A stretch of 64,000 nucleotides of DNA from Octopus vulgaris (Eukaryota). The first letter of the stretch is position 1. Each line of letters starts with the position of its first letter. Both the position numbers and the translations under genes were made by a program. The notes beneath the pieces are model-generated. The model saw nothing but the letters and a program-made list of their open reading frames with translations, was not told the DNA's origin and did no database searches. The stretch lies in assembly GCA_951406725.2 (NCBI GenBank), contig OX597825.1, positions 10,230,001 through 10,294,000 on the forward strand, written 5' to 3'. Positions 50,750-64,000 of this stretch are shown here, piece by piece.

Positions 50750-51278
50750 TCTTTTACTTGCTTCAGTCATTTGACTGCGGTCATGCTAGAGCACTGCCTT
50801 TAGTCGAAGAAATCGACCCCAGGACTTATTCTTTGTAGGCCTAGTACTTATTCTATTGGTGTCTTTTGACGAACCGCTAAGTTACGGGGATGTAAACACA
50901 CGAGCACCGATTGTCAAGCGATGGCGGGAGAAAAAACACAGAAACACAAATACATGTGTGTGTGTTTATACATACATACATACATACATACATACACACA
51001 TACATACACATACATACACACATGCATACACACATACATACACACATACATACACACATACATACATACACACATACATACATACATACATACATACATA
51101 CATACACACATACATACACACATACATACATACACATACACATACATACATACACACATACATACACACATACATACACATACATACACACATGCATACA
51201 CACATGCATACACACATACACACATACATACATACATACATACACACACACACATACACACATACATTCATACATACA

Positions 51279-51312
<34 letters not shown>

Positions 51313-51450
51313 CATACATATGACCGACGGGCTTTTTTCAGTTTCGCTCTACCAAATCCACTCGCAAGGCTTTGGTTTTCTTGAGGCTATAGTAAAACTC
51401 ACTTGACCAAGGTGCCACGCAACTTTTTACCACGCAGTCACACCCACGCC
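50750..51450 (-). mobile_element. SINE family B whose internal microsatellite has expanded to about 350 bp of (CATA/CACA)n
   Basis: Tail at 50750-50930, array at 50968-51320, head at 51325-51450. Confidence 0.88.
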
Positions 51451-51644
51451 TAATAAAAGACATGTTTAACGGCAAATTCCCCCTTAGAAATTTTTTCTCG
51501 ACATTAGGTGATAAGAATTGTTCTCCGGCATTTAAACATAATTGATAGCTGAGTGCTTAATTAATGCGTTGATTAACCATTGATTAAATGTATTCATTAA
51601 AATACACAAACTGGAATTTAAGATGTTTTACACTAACCTCAAAA

Positions 51645-52070
51645 TATTGGTTGCAAATTTTAACACAATACCGGTAAATTGTAGGGAGGGGTTAAGTCGA
51701 ATACATTGACCCCAGTGTCGATCCCAGTGTCGATCCCAGTGTTCAACTGGTACTTATTTTATTGCCCCCGAAAAGGGTCAAAGGCAATGTCGACTCTCTA
51801 CGCCTCTATTCCACTGTTTTCATTAAAAATAATCTATTTAGCGTACATTGTTAGGTAATATATTGGTTTCAAGTTTTGGCACAAGGCCAGCAATCTTTGG
51901 AGGAGGGGTAAGTCGGTTGCATCGACCCCAGAGCTCAACTGGTACATATTTTATCGACCTCGAAAGGTTGAAAGGTAAAGTTAACCACAGAGGAATTTGA
52001 ACTTAGACAGACGAAATGCCGCTAAGCATTTTTGCCCGGCGTGCTAACTATTCTTCCAAGTCGCCGCCTT
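51645..52070 (-). mobile_element. Two diverged SINE family A copies
   Basis: caactggtacttattttat...cccgaaa and gcccggcgtgctaac...tcgccgcc. Confidence 0.8.
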
Positions 52071-52158
52071 CACTAAGCCCCAAAATATTAGAATTATTCA
52101 ATGTAAGGAAAGAACAGGAGGAAAAGAAGCGGATGTTTACGAGGAATAAATAATAAAT

Positions 52159-52577
52159 AGGCGTAGGAGTGGCTGTGTGGTAAGTAGCTTGCTTACTAAC
52201 CACATGGTTCCGAGTTCAGTCCCACTGCATGGCACCTTGGGGAAGTGTCTTCTGCTATAGCCTCGGGCCGACCAAAGCCTTGTGAGTGGATTTGGTAGAC
52301 GGAAATTGAAAGGAGCCCGTCATATATATGTATAATATGTATATATATGTATATGTATGTGTGTGTGTATATGTTTCTGTGTCTGTGTTTGTCCCCCCAA
52401 CATCGCTTGACAACCGATGCTGGTGTGTTTACGTCCCCGGTTCGGAAAAAAGATACCGATAGAATAAGTACTAGGCTTACAGAAAATAAATTCTGGGGTC
52501 AATTTGCTCGACTAAAGGCAGTGCTCCAGCATGGCCGCAGCCAACTGACTGAAACAAGTAAAAGAGTAAAAGAGTAA
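52159..52577 (+). mobile_element. SINE family B, full length
   Basis: Head, CORE-like domain, tail (gtaaaaga)n. Confidence 0.92.
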
Positions 52578-53142
52578 ATAATCAGTTTTTCTTTGTTTTT
52601 TTTTCTGTCTACTAATAATATCCTCAAACCGAAGTTAATGCTTGGGATCATCCAACAGTTTAGCCATTGGAATGATACATTAAGTCTTATGGATTCTGTC
52701 GGTTCAGTAATTTTCTAAGACAAATCATTTTAAAATGTAGCGGAAATTAAAGATATTAGTAACAGAAAGTATCAAAACACTGAAACGGAATGTTCCAGTC
52801 GTCAAATATTTCTTAGTGGAAGTTTAAAGTTTACTCGAAGACCTATTTGGAATCGATTTTGGCAAATAGTCAATGTTTTCTGTCTCTTCCAATCTGTTCA
52901 AACAACTATTAAACTTGTTGGTAACTATAATAAATAAGATACTTTGCTTTTGGCTGACTTGCAAAGTTATATACGTATGTTTATGTGTGGGTTGGCATGT
53001 ATGATTATGCGTGTGTTTGTGTGTGTTGGTGTGTGTGTGTGTGTATCGTATAGTATAACTGAGCACTTGTTAGTATACACATATTATCTATCTATTTTGA
53101 AAAGGAGATATACATGTATACAAACAAGCAAGCAAGCACGCA

Positions 53143-53411
<269 letters not shown>

Positions 53412-53557
53412 ACTAGAGAGAACGAAAGGAAGTTGTACCAAACATAATACAAAAGTGGGCAGAAGGAACATTTACAAGTTATTCAAATTGCGTATGTTGT
53501 TAAGTAATTCTTCGTCTATAGAAACGCTTCTTCATGTTCTTCATTGCACGCAAATAA

Positions 53558-53662
53558 TGCGTTTCAAACAGAAGCGACATGCTGTCAGTGAATTCTTGAC
53601 AAAGGAGGCGTGCAGACTGGCTGACAACCACAGAAAGTTACTGGTTGTTTACGGAGATAAAA
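53558..53662 (+). mobile_element. Mariner transposase N-terminal (HTH) remnant
   Basis: QKRHAVSEFLTKEACRLADNHRKLLVVYGD resembles mariner QRAVIEFL..EG.....IHRRL..VYGD. Confidence 0.6.
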
Positions 53663-53965
53663 GGAAAGTGTTTTTAAAAGCTAAACGTAAGATAGTAGCT
53701 AAAACGTTTAGGACCATTACATATGCAAATGTCATACACAGCATTGAGTGCAGCAATGGATTTTAACATCTTAACTAATCAATAAGGATCTCAATGTAGA
53801 AAATCAGGCCTGGGGTTATATAAAATCGAACGGAATAAAATGACAGATTTCTCAAACAAATTACTTCCGCGATGATCTCCACTTCCACACCTGACTACAA
53901 TATTAAGAAACACCTTATATATGAATTGGTGAGCGAAGTTAATTTATAATTTATAATTATATTTA

Positions 53966-54364
53966 TCTCTCTTTCTATAAACGGCAAAATGTGTGTGTGT
54001 GTGTGTCAGTGTGTGTGTGTGTGTGCATGTCCTTTATACAAATCCACAATTTTTCAGTTAGAGTGCTTGCACTTTCCGCACTTTCTATGGTCATTCAAAA
54101 CCGTCCAAGGGTGGTCGTGCACATCTTTACATTTCCCCAGTCACCCCGCAAAGCCATTAAAAAATCAATAGAAGTGACCTTTTTGTGAATTTTCTATCCC
54201 AAACCCAATCAAAATGCCCGAAACTTGATTCGCCAATTGAATGCCAGCTAGCTGTATGTGATTGGTCGGAGATTTGGAGAGTACTCGCGTGTATGTGCGC
54301 ACGCACGCAGCTGTATATGCATGCACTAGCACTATGACACGGCGTTGTCGGGTCATAGTGCTAG
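53966..54364 (+). mobile_element. Non-autonomous Helitron
   Basis: A|TC start, 3' hairpin ctagcactatgac-acggcgttgtcgg-gtcatagtgCTAG|T; second copy at 59813-60181. Confidence 0.88.
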
Positions 54365-55317
54365 TAATTTATAAATGTTGTAACTTCTTTAAAGTGTCTG
54401 TTAATTTTGCCAAAATAAACGCAAGTGTACGTGTGTCTGTGAGTGCGCGAGCGTGTGTGTGTATCTCTGTGTGTGCAAAGATGTTTGTATATTCTTTGGT
54501 GAAAAGAAAAGGGCACAGAGAGAAGGGAAGATTTCTGCAAACAAACACTACACCGAACGAAATCGGATATTCTATTAAAAATAAAAATTTTATATCTATA
54601 TATTATTCGTAAATCAATTCCGGATAAACGATTGTCCTAAATCATGTTTTATATATCAATTAGATACCCCAGTATGGCCGCAATACAACGACTGAAACAA
54701 GTAAAAGATTGAAGATAAAATATATATAGCTTTATATATATGTAAATGTATATGTAAATGTATGTATGTATGTATGTATGTATGTATGTGTGTGTATGTA
54801 TGTATGTATGTATGTATGTATGTATGTATGTATGTATGTACATATGTATGTGTGTATGTGTATTTGTCAAATTCCCATACAGTCCTCTTTTCACATTTTG
54901 TTTTGGTAATTTTATAATTTTACAATATTGCAAGTACTTTCATGTTTTGTAAATCTTCAGGTAAATGTTTAGGTAGGAGCTGAATTAACAAACAGCTAAT
55001 GTGTCTCACGTTTGGCAACTGTAACGAAATGATTGAAGTTTTCCTTTAAACTCCTTTCGATAGGTTCCAGCAGGCAGAAGCTTATAAACGCCATTTTAAC
55101 CAATCGGTGTTCGGCTGAGGCGTCACAGATTGATGGACTTCATATGCACAGTTGACATTAACATTATAACCAATCGATGACATCAGCATCTTTTCTCTTA
55201 TACTCCTTTTAATTTCACTTGAATCGTAAAGTTTGTAAAATAGAAATATTAGAACATTTTCCAGTCGCATGTTTCTAAGTGATTGCTTAATAGTATTTGA
55301 CGGACTTTACGGTTTCC

Positions 55318-55505
55318 AGCGGCGAGCTGACAGAATCGTTAGCATGCCGGACAAATGCTTAACGGCATTTCGTCCGTCTTTATGTTCTGAGTTCAAAATC
55401 CGCCGAGATAGGTTTTACTTGTCACCCTTTCGATGTTGATAAAAAAGGAAATCGATTTACCCCCCCCCGCCGAAATTACTGGCCATGTACCAGAATGCGA
55501 AATCA
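55318..55505 (+). mobile_element. SINE family A, diverged
   Basis: gcggcgagctgacagaatcgttagcatgccgg...gttctgagttcaaaatccgccgag. Confidence 0.8.
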
Positions 55506-56516
55506 ATAGTTTATTGAGTTCTTGATTAAATTTACAATTCTCCTTTAGATTTCAAAATTTACAACCAGGAATTTTGTTTGGAAAATGCAAAAAAAAATAT
55601 ACAAAAAAATCTGTGAAGCCCCAATTCCATTCTGGTAAAAACATATGTCGGCAGTTTTCCAGAATAAACCATAACTATATATATTCCCCTGTTAAACTTA
55701 GGCTTTTTCCCAAACCTTGCAATCTCCTGAGTATGGAAGGTCCATTATATATTCTGTTGTGTCTGGGGAGAGTCATTTTATTTTTCTGCCTTATGATGTA
55801 ACACACTCACCGGTAAAATTGCCACTTTTTTCTAATTTTTATTTTCCTAATATTTTCGTTGTGTCTTGTAACCTTTTCAATAGTCTTAACTCTCATTATA
55901 TATTCTTAACCCGACTAAATTCTTTTTAATTCGTAATTTCAGCACAATGTTTATTCTGTTCGTTTTATTTTAGTTTCATTTCGATTTAATAAAAGTGAAA
56001 ATAAAAATAATATTTTAGAATTAGCCTCAGTGTATGAAGTGTCTATATTTTTACATTAAGTGCAAAACAAATCTTTAGGTAGTAATTTAATATTACAATT
56101 ATTACGACATCACGTCTGGTACACTGATTCAAATGAGTACGTTTATGGAATAAACAGATATGAAAAAAAATGTTAATCGACACAGATGCTGCATGGTCGA
56201 TATTTAAATCATTGATTTCTCTGTAGAAATGTCTCTAACACTTAAAAAAAGAAGCATTTAATCAAAAGTAACCGAATAATTAAGAATCGGAATTAGCAGC
56301 ATATATATGCTATATATGTATGCATGTCAGTGTGTATGTATGTATGTGTGTGTGTTTGTATGTATTTTTGTGACAGGCTTTCACTCAGTTTCCGTCTTAC
56401 AAACTCTCTAACAATTTTATAGTGGAAAACACTTGCTCGAGACGCTGCACCGTGAGATTGAACCTGAAACCACGACACAAAGAGAAGTTCTGAACCACAC
56501 AGCCATGTCTACGCCT

Positions 56517-57092
<576 letters not shown>

Positions 57093-57921
57093 AGGCATAC
57101 ATAATATACATATCTCTATGTCTTCTTTATCCTGCACTATTCACAAATTCTATTATCGTTTACTTAACTCATCGGTTTTCAATACCTTCCCCCCATTGTC
57201 TCGCATCCCGTTCGGTTGCATATTCAGTATCTCATAACTGTTTCACGTAGAGACAGTCTAGCTCTAAACGCTACTGTATACTTCATATAAGGTGACACTA
57301 AGATATACATTGATTTAGTTTACATTTCATATGGGATTCTGGTGACATAATGCAATCCAATTCTAGACATAATTTTCATTTGTTTAAGTCAGTGGATGTC
57401 AAATATTAATTAGAATAATTAATAAATTGCTAATGTAAAATTACCTGAACAATTATGGGATAGCATCTCCCAATATTTTGACTTTATTTTCTTTTTCATC
57501 CACCTGTACAAATTCCAAACCACAAATTCTTTTATCGATTGAACAAATTCGATTTTTCCACAGAAATCGAACATTTTAAAATAAATTTATTAACAACGAG
57601 CAAATTTCCTGTCGTTCATTTCCTTGTTACATTTCGAGGAAGATTTCGATCGTATATCGATTTTGTTCCGTAAAGGCAGAAATATGCGTCCACGACCGCC
57701 ATTTTATCTCTGGACCTTAAACCTGTCCTTTTCCTTAATGACATGTCTTGGAGGGAATTGGGTTTCTTGAGATTATTCCCACTTCAAGAGTGGAGTCGGT
57801 CTTTATTGCCGTTTGATGATTATGACGCATCCCTTAGAAGCAGAGATAATTTTAATGAAGGATTTTATGTTATTTGGTAAACTGGTATTTGATTGAGACT
57901 GCATACACATATACGTGTATG

Positions 57922-57985
<64 letters not shown>

Positions 57986-58397
57986 GGGCGATTCAAACTG
58001 GCTGTGTCCATACGTGCATATGTATGTATGTGCGGCGCTCGTATATGTAAGTATATCGTTTGCTGTGCATATATGTATCTGTATTGATGTACCCTTGATA
58101 TATTCAATTGATGACGGTAAAGCTTATCTAAAGCAGAACCAGAAATCCTTGGATCTTGAATTATTCAATAATTTTTGCTTGTATGTTTTGTCCCTCCGCT
58201 TTACCTCATGGTGCGATATGAACATTTAACGTGGTACTATAGTCAGTGTTTCGACTGCTATTTCGGCATGTTGGTGTCTTTTAGACACCCTCATTTTTAA
58301 TTGTTAAAAAATTTTTTTTACCTTTGTAAGGTATTTCTTTCATGCTGGTCACTTGATAATTTCGACACTTAAATATCGATATTATCCTCATATATAA

Positions 58398-58460
<63 letters not shown>

Positions 58461-58463
58461 TAT

Positions 58464-58494
<31 letters not shown>

Positions 58495-58687
58495 GCATAT
58501 ATATATACATATATATATACATATATGTGTTTATGTTTTCGTTTCTCATTGTGTTCGACGGTTTTTTGGTGTCCTGTACCCATATATGCATGTATATATA
58601 CATGTAGAGGTAGGTACGTACATATATGTATGTATATATGCATATGTTTTATTTATTTATTAATTTATTATATATATATATACATAA

Positions 58688-58754
<67 letters not shown>

Positions 58755-58794
58755 CATTCATACATATATATATTTACATATAAATATATATATA

Positions 58795-58860
58795 GGCGCA
58801 GGAGTGGCTGTGTGGTAAGTAGCATGGCCGTAGTCAAATGACTGAAACAAGTAAAATAGA
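58795..58860 (+). mobile_element. Internally deleted SINE family B (head fused to tail)
   Basis: ggcgcaggagtggctgtgtggtaagt-AGC-atggccgtagtcaaatgactgaaacaagtaaaa. Confidence 0.85.
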
Positions 58861-59332
58861 TATACATATATATACACATATATATGCATTTAAGTATGTA
58901 TGTATATATATGTGATTGTGTGAATAAACAAATTAGATACATTAAATATATTGAATATATTAAGTATTAGTTTTGGTATGAACCCTTATATTTAATAGAT
59001 CTAATCTAATTAGTGTATCTAATTTGTTTATCTGCATAATTGCCTCTATACCCGCCCAAACAGATCCCTCTTAAAGCCTTTCTTTACCCTGTGGAATCGA
59101 TCCCTTGTAAAGACCTCGGAATCTAAGTTTGAATCTTTAGAGCACTGCCAAATGTCTTCTATACGGAAGACACTTGGCATCTCACTTGTAGACAATATAT
59201 GTGTATGCGTATATGTATGTATGTACGTATGTATGTATGTATGTATGTATGTATGTATGTATGTATGTATGTATGTATGTATGTATGTAGGTATGTATGT
59301 ATGTGTGTGTGTGTATGTATGTATGTATATGT

Positions 59333-59700
59333 GGAGGCGTAATGGCCCAGTTGTTAGGACAGCGGACTCGCGGTTTCGATTCCCAGACCGGGTGTTGCGA
59401 GTGTTTATTGAACGAAAATACCTAAAGCTCCACGGGGCTGCAGCTGTGGGGGGTGGGGCGGACCCCGCTGTACTCTTTCACCACAACTTTCTCTTACTCT
59501 TTCTTCCTGTTTCTGTTGTACCTGTTTTTCAAAGGGCCAGCCTTCTCACACATCGTGTCACGCTGAATCTCCGCGTGAACTACATTAAGGGTACACGTGT
59601 CTGTGGAGTGCTCAGCCACTTGCACGGTAATTTCACGAGCAGGCTGTTCCGTTGATCGGATCAACTGGAACCCACGTCGTCGTAACCGACGGAGTGCCAC
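59333..59700 (+). mobile_element. SINE family C, full length
   Basis: ggaggcgtaatggcccagttgttagg...ggtttcgattccc...cgtcgtcgtaaccgacggagtgccac. Confidence 0.9.
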
Positions 59701-59812
59701 GAATGCATGAATATATTAAATTTCTGGAGTACTTTCACTATATAAATCTGTTAGTCCTGTTCAAAACTAAAGGTTTTGATGAAATGCAGTTAGTCTGATA
59801 TCATAAAAATCA

Positions 59813-60181
59813 TCTCTATATATATAAACGGCAAAATGTGTGTCTGTGTGTGTCCTTTATACAAATCCACAGTTTTTCAGTTAGAGGGTTCGCACTTTCT
59901 ATGGTCATTTAAAATCGTCCAAGGGTGGTCGTGCACATCTTTACATTTACCCAGTCACCCCACAAAGCCATTAGAAAATCAATAGAAGTGACTTTTTTGT
60001 GAATTTTCTATCCAAAACCCAATCAAAATGCCCGAAACTTGATTCGCCAATTGAATGCCAGCTAGCTGTATGTGATTGGTCGGAGATTTGGACAGAACTC
60101 GCGTGTATGTGCGCACGCATGCAGCTGTATATGCATGCGCTAGCACTATGACCCAGCGTTGCCGAGTCATAGTAGTGCTAG
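59813..60181 (+). mobile_element. Non-autonomous Helitron, same family as 53966-54364
   Basis: A|TC start, closely similar body, 3' hairpin then CTAG|T. Confidence 0.88.
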
Positions 60182-61194
60182 TAAAAAATAATTTTGGTTT
60201 CAAATTTTGGCACAAGGCCAGTAATTTAGGAAGAGGTACCAAGTCGGTTACATTGAACTGGAACTTATTTTACCGAGCCCCGAAAGTATGAAAGGCAGAG
60301 TTGAATGAAACTTGCTGAGCGAATATCGTAAATGTAGCTTTGATGTGTAGTCCTGTCATCTTACCTACCCATGTCAGTTGAATACAGGTAAATTGTTTCA
60401 CGTGGATCTTGTGGCATATACTTACAAGATATGGATTGCTGGGCATCGATTTCCTATTTTAGAGCTGAATCTGTGTTCCAGTGTTGTCTGTAGCTGAGAA
60501 TCCGCACAACACCAATTAGAAAAAGCATTCCGAAATATGCCTTCATCTCTTCCGTTGATGTCATGAAGGTGACGTAGCCTTCCTGATGCGCTTAAATTGT
60601 GCTTTCATCACTCGACCTGACAAAGATTTCTTCAGGGGAAAGTTTGAAAAATACTCAACGGTCTTTACTTCTAAGTTCAAAGGTTTTATAAAGCCCACAT
60701 TACTAACGAAAGCATTGATGCAAGGATCACATGTTATCACACCTGCTCAAAATCGATAAATGTTGATATAAATTCCATCTAGAATCACTTAAATCGCTGG
60801 TGTTTACGGATGATACTGACATATCAATGATTGTTTTCTCCAAATCCAAAATCTCTTTCGTTAATTAAATCCTTAATGAATAATAATAAATAGTCATTAC
60901 TAGTTAGATGTCTAACTCACAGTCGAATATATTAACTGCTGCTATGCTCGATGGAAGGAAAAATTCCGAGGAAATTTACTCAAAATTAAACCGCAAAATT
61001 CATGATGCTAACCAGAAGTCTTTTGGTTGGAGATTCTTTCTAAAGTGAAGCTAAAATCTGTTTTTCACTCACAAGGGGGACTGATTACAACTTTTCAACC
61101 GCAAAAGATAACATTAAACAAACTTGCACTCCATCAATTACGACGACCAGTGTTCCAGTTGATCCGAACAAGGACATACATACATACATACATA

Positions 61195-61226
<32 letters not shown>

Positions 61227-61227
61227 C

Positions 61228-61448
61228 TGCGAGCTGGCAGAAACGTTAGCGCGCCGGGCGAAATGCTTAGCGGTATTTCGTCTGTCGTTACTTTTTGAGT
61301 TCAAATTCCGCCGAGGTCGACTTTGTCTTTCATCCTTTCGGGTCGATAAATAAAGTACCAGTTTCGCACTGGGGTCGATGTAATCGACTTAATCCCTTTG
61401 TCTGTCCTTGTTGTCCCCTCTATGTTTAGCCCCTTGTGGGTAGTAAAG

Positions 61449-61452
<4 letters not shown>
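61228..61452 (+). mobile_element. SINE family A, near full length
   Basis: gcgagctggcagaaacgttagc...gggtagtaaagaaata. Confidence 0.92.
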
Positions 61453-61496
<44 letters not shown>

Positions 61497-62139
61497 ATAT
61501 GTACTGTATTGTTCCGTGATAGAAAATTCAACAAAAAGTACTGCATCTGTTGAGAGTAAAATATTGTTTATTTGAAGGGAACAATACACATATTTAAGTG
61601 CTACTAATAGTTTCATATGTTGAGAAATACTCAGACATATTCTTCGCAAACCATATATCGTAACGAACTAAAAGCAAAAAATGAATAATAGAAGAAAGGC
61701 GGAAAAAATGAAAGGGCATCTCATAGAAAACGCAGAAAGTAAAAAAAAACGGAAAACGAAAAAGCGAAGAACGAAGATACAAAAACTAAAATGTAAAAAA
61801 TGAAAAAGTAAAAAGGTAAACGATCTATCCTCCTTAGACCTTAAATGATAAGGTTGGAAAGATATCAAGTCAGTCGGGAATAGATGGAATTTTCCAATTC
61901 TTCAAAATATATTGATACATATGCTTGCAACCGTTGCGTTTTGTATATGCTGAACTTCTTTTTTCTTTCTTATCTTTTTAAGTGTTTCTTCTATTATTCA
62001 AATTTTTTTTAGCTCGTTCTGAGATGCGTGGTTTGGTCCTGAAGAATATGTTTCAGTATTTCTCAACTTATGAAACTATAAGTTGCGTTTAGATACATTT
62101 ATTGTGCCCTTTAAGTAAATAAATATCACACACACACAC

Positions 62140-62179
<40 letters not shown>

Positions 62180-62181
<2 letters not shown>

Positions 62182-62478
62182 CTTATAAATAAGGACAAAC
62201 GAAAAAAATTTCTAATGCCAAATATGCCGAAAATTGGACATATTGTCCATTTACCATATAATTTTTTCCCAGCACGCACGCTACTCGAAAAAAGGTCGAC
62301 AGAAGTCTCTAAAAAATCCATTATTACCATAATTTTTAGAAATTTTTTTAGAGATTTCTATCGACCTTTTTTCGAGTAGCGTGCGTACTGAAAAGAATTA
62401 TATGGTAAATGGACAATATGTCCAACTTTCGGCATATTTGGCATTAGAAAATTTTTCGTTTGCCCTTATTTATAAGTT
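62180..62478. repeat. Long fold-back element, arms about 137 bp, spacer about 25 bp
   Basis: 62180-62317 is the reverse complement of 62342-62478 with scattered mismatches. Confidence 0.9.
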
Positions 62479-63209
62479 GTTTATAATTTAACCTTTAAAG
62501 GTAATTTTTAATATGCTGGCCATTGATAAATTTTTTTTTTTTCGAAAAAATTCTATCCTACATTAGATATATATATATATATATATATACATCCGTAAGC
62601 GTTTTCTATGTATATATGTATGCATGTATTACGTATGTATGTGTGTGTATGAGTGTATGTGTGTGTGCCCGCGTGCGCAGCGTGTGTATAAATGCACACA
62701 TATCTTTCCAGAAGGTTTTCTTTCACGATTGCCCTGATTTGCTCGAAACCCTAAATTTATTTCGTATAAGATCATATTAATACCTATATCCATTGCTTCT
62801 ATATCTCATCTGATGTATGTCGATGTACTTTTCAACAAAATTCTTGATATAACAATTATTTGCTTGAGTCTGTAGTAGACTTTTCCTGCTTCAAATATGG
62901 ATATAATAAAATTAGTAAATGATTAAAGCTGATGTAATGTGCTGTGCGAAGGGATAACATAGGAATGAGATTGAGTTCGTTTTCTTATCTACTTCAAGCA
63001 ATTCAAAGCACAAGATCTGTTTATCAGTTGAACAGATTAGTTTCCTCATAAGAAAAATGCATCTCTTTCTTAATCAAACTTATATCAACAAGTAACATGA
63101 TACCGCTTACGTACCAACATACATTCACAAAGATATGTAGACGCCAGGTCGATAAATACGTCATGTGTCGAATATATATGCACGCATACTTACATATTTA
63201 TATAAAGAG

Positions 63210-63311
63210 AATGAGAAAGAGAAAGAGACAGAGAGAGAGAGAGAGAGAACAATACCTATAGAGAGACTGATAGACAGACACGCAAACAGACAGCAAGGCA
63301 GACAGAGAGAC

Positions 63312-63397
<86 letters not shown>

Positions 63398-63454
63398 GTA
63401 GGTAGGTAGGTAGATAGGTAGATAGACAGACAGCTAAGTTAAAAGAAAGAAAAT

Positions 63455-63500
<46 letters not shown>

Positions 63501-63600
63501 TAGATAGATAGATAGGTAGGTAGGTAGGTAGGTAGGTAGGTAGGTAGGTAGGTAGGTAGGTAGGTAGGTAGGTAGGTAGGTAGGTAGGTGGGTAGATAGA
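63210..63600. repeat. (GA)n/(GACA)n/(GATA)n/(GGTA)n compound microsatellite
   Basis: Direct inspection. Confidence 0.95.
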
Positions 63601-63737
63601 CAGAGACAAAGATTCGAATAAAGTCATGTTTGACACGTTCAGTTGTTATCAGCCGTGATAACACCTGACACTGCAAGAATATGTCCCGTGAGAAAATTCT
63701 GCATGTAGACATTTTGCACACACACACACACACACAC

Positions 63738-63792
<55 letters not shown>

Positions 63793-64000
63793 TACGTAAA
63801 TGTCGATCAATAAAAATGAGTGCTCAACACCGCATTGGTGGATATAATTTCTATATTTGTGAATTAAGGCTACCATTAGTTTCAAGATAAGAAAAGTAGG
63901 AAAATATCCGAGTGTTTTAACAATTTTTCAAGCCGAACACATGAAGAAAGGCGTTCGCCTCCATTTTAGAAAACAGTCTCGTGTAACTCATGGGTGTTCT

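Noticed and set aside
60720-60845. Academ/XPG-like transposon motif (VFTDDTDISMI)
   Set aside because: Single short motif in an interrupted frame; not enough to call

Overview
Eukaryotic, AT-rich, microsatellite- and transposon-saturated DNA. The SINE families look like the tRNA-derived SINEs of octopus, so a cephalopod origin is inferred but not proven. The only host coding sequence I can support is the last exon of GBA2 (non-lysosomal glucosylceramidase, GH116) at 1071-1277 (+). The remaining ~62 kb is a gene-poor mosaic. It holds three tRNA-SINE families (about 35 copies or fragments, some dimeric or tandem) and a young, 5'-truncated Tx1-clade LINE with a nearly intact ORF2 sitting inside a (GATA)n array. 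It also holds decayed CR1, RTE, R4/Dong, Penelope and mariner fragments, LTR remnants (one with a tRNA-Ser PBS, one solo LTR with TSD), three Merlin-type MITEs with 8-bp TSDs, non-autonomous Helitrons and long fold-back elements. The most interesting unannotated signals are about ten hammerhead-ribozyme motifs from several Penelope-like terminal-repeat families (one near-canonical at 35365-35408) and a recurring pattern of different elements sitting in their own microsatellite type (Tx1 in GATA, a 554-bp element in ATT, Penelope-like pieces in TA). Almost all ORFs in the supplied track are microsatellite or SINE artefacts. I found no convincing new multi-gene system. Coordinates were read by eye and repeat boundaries are approximate unless a TSD is given.
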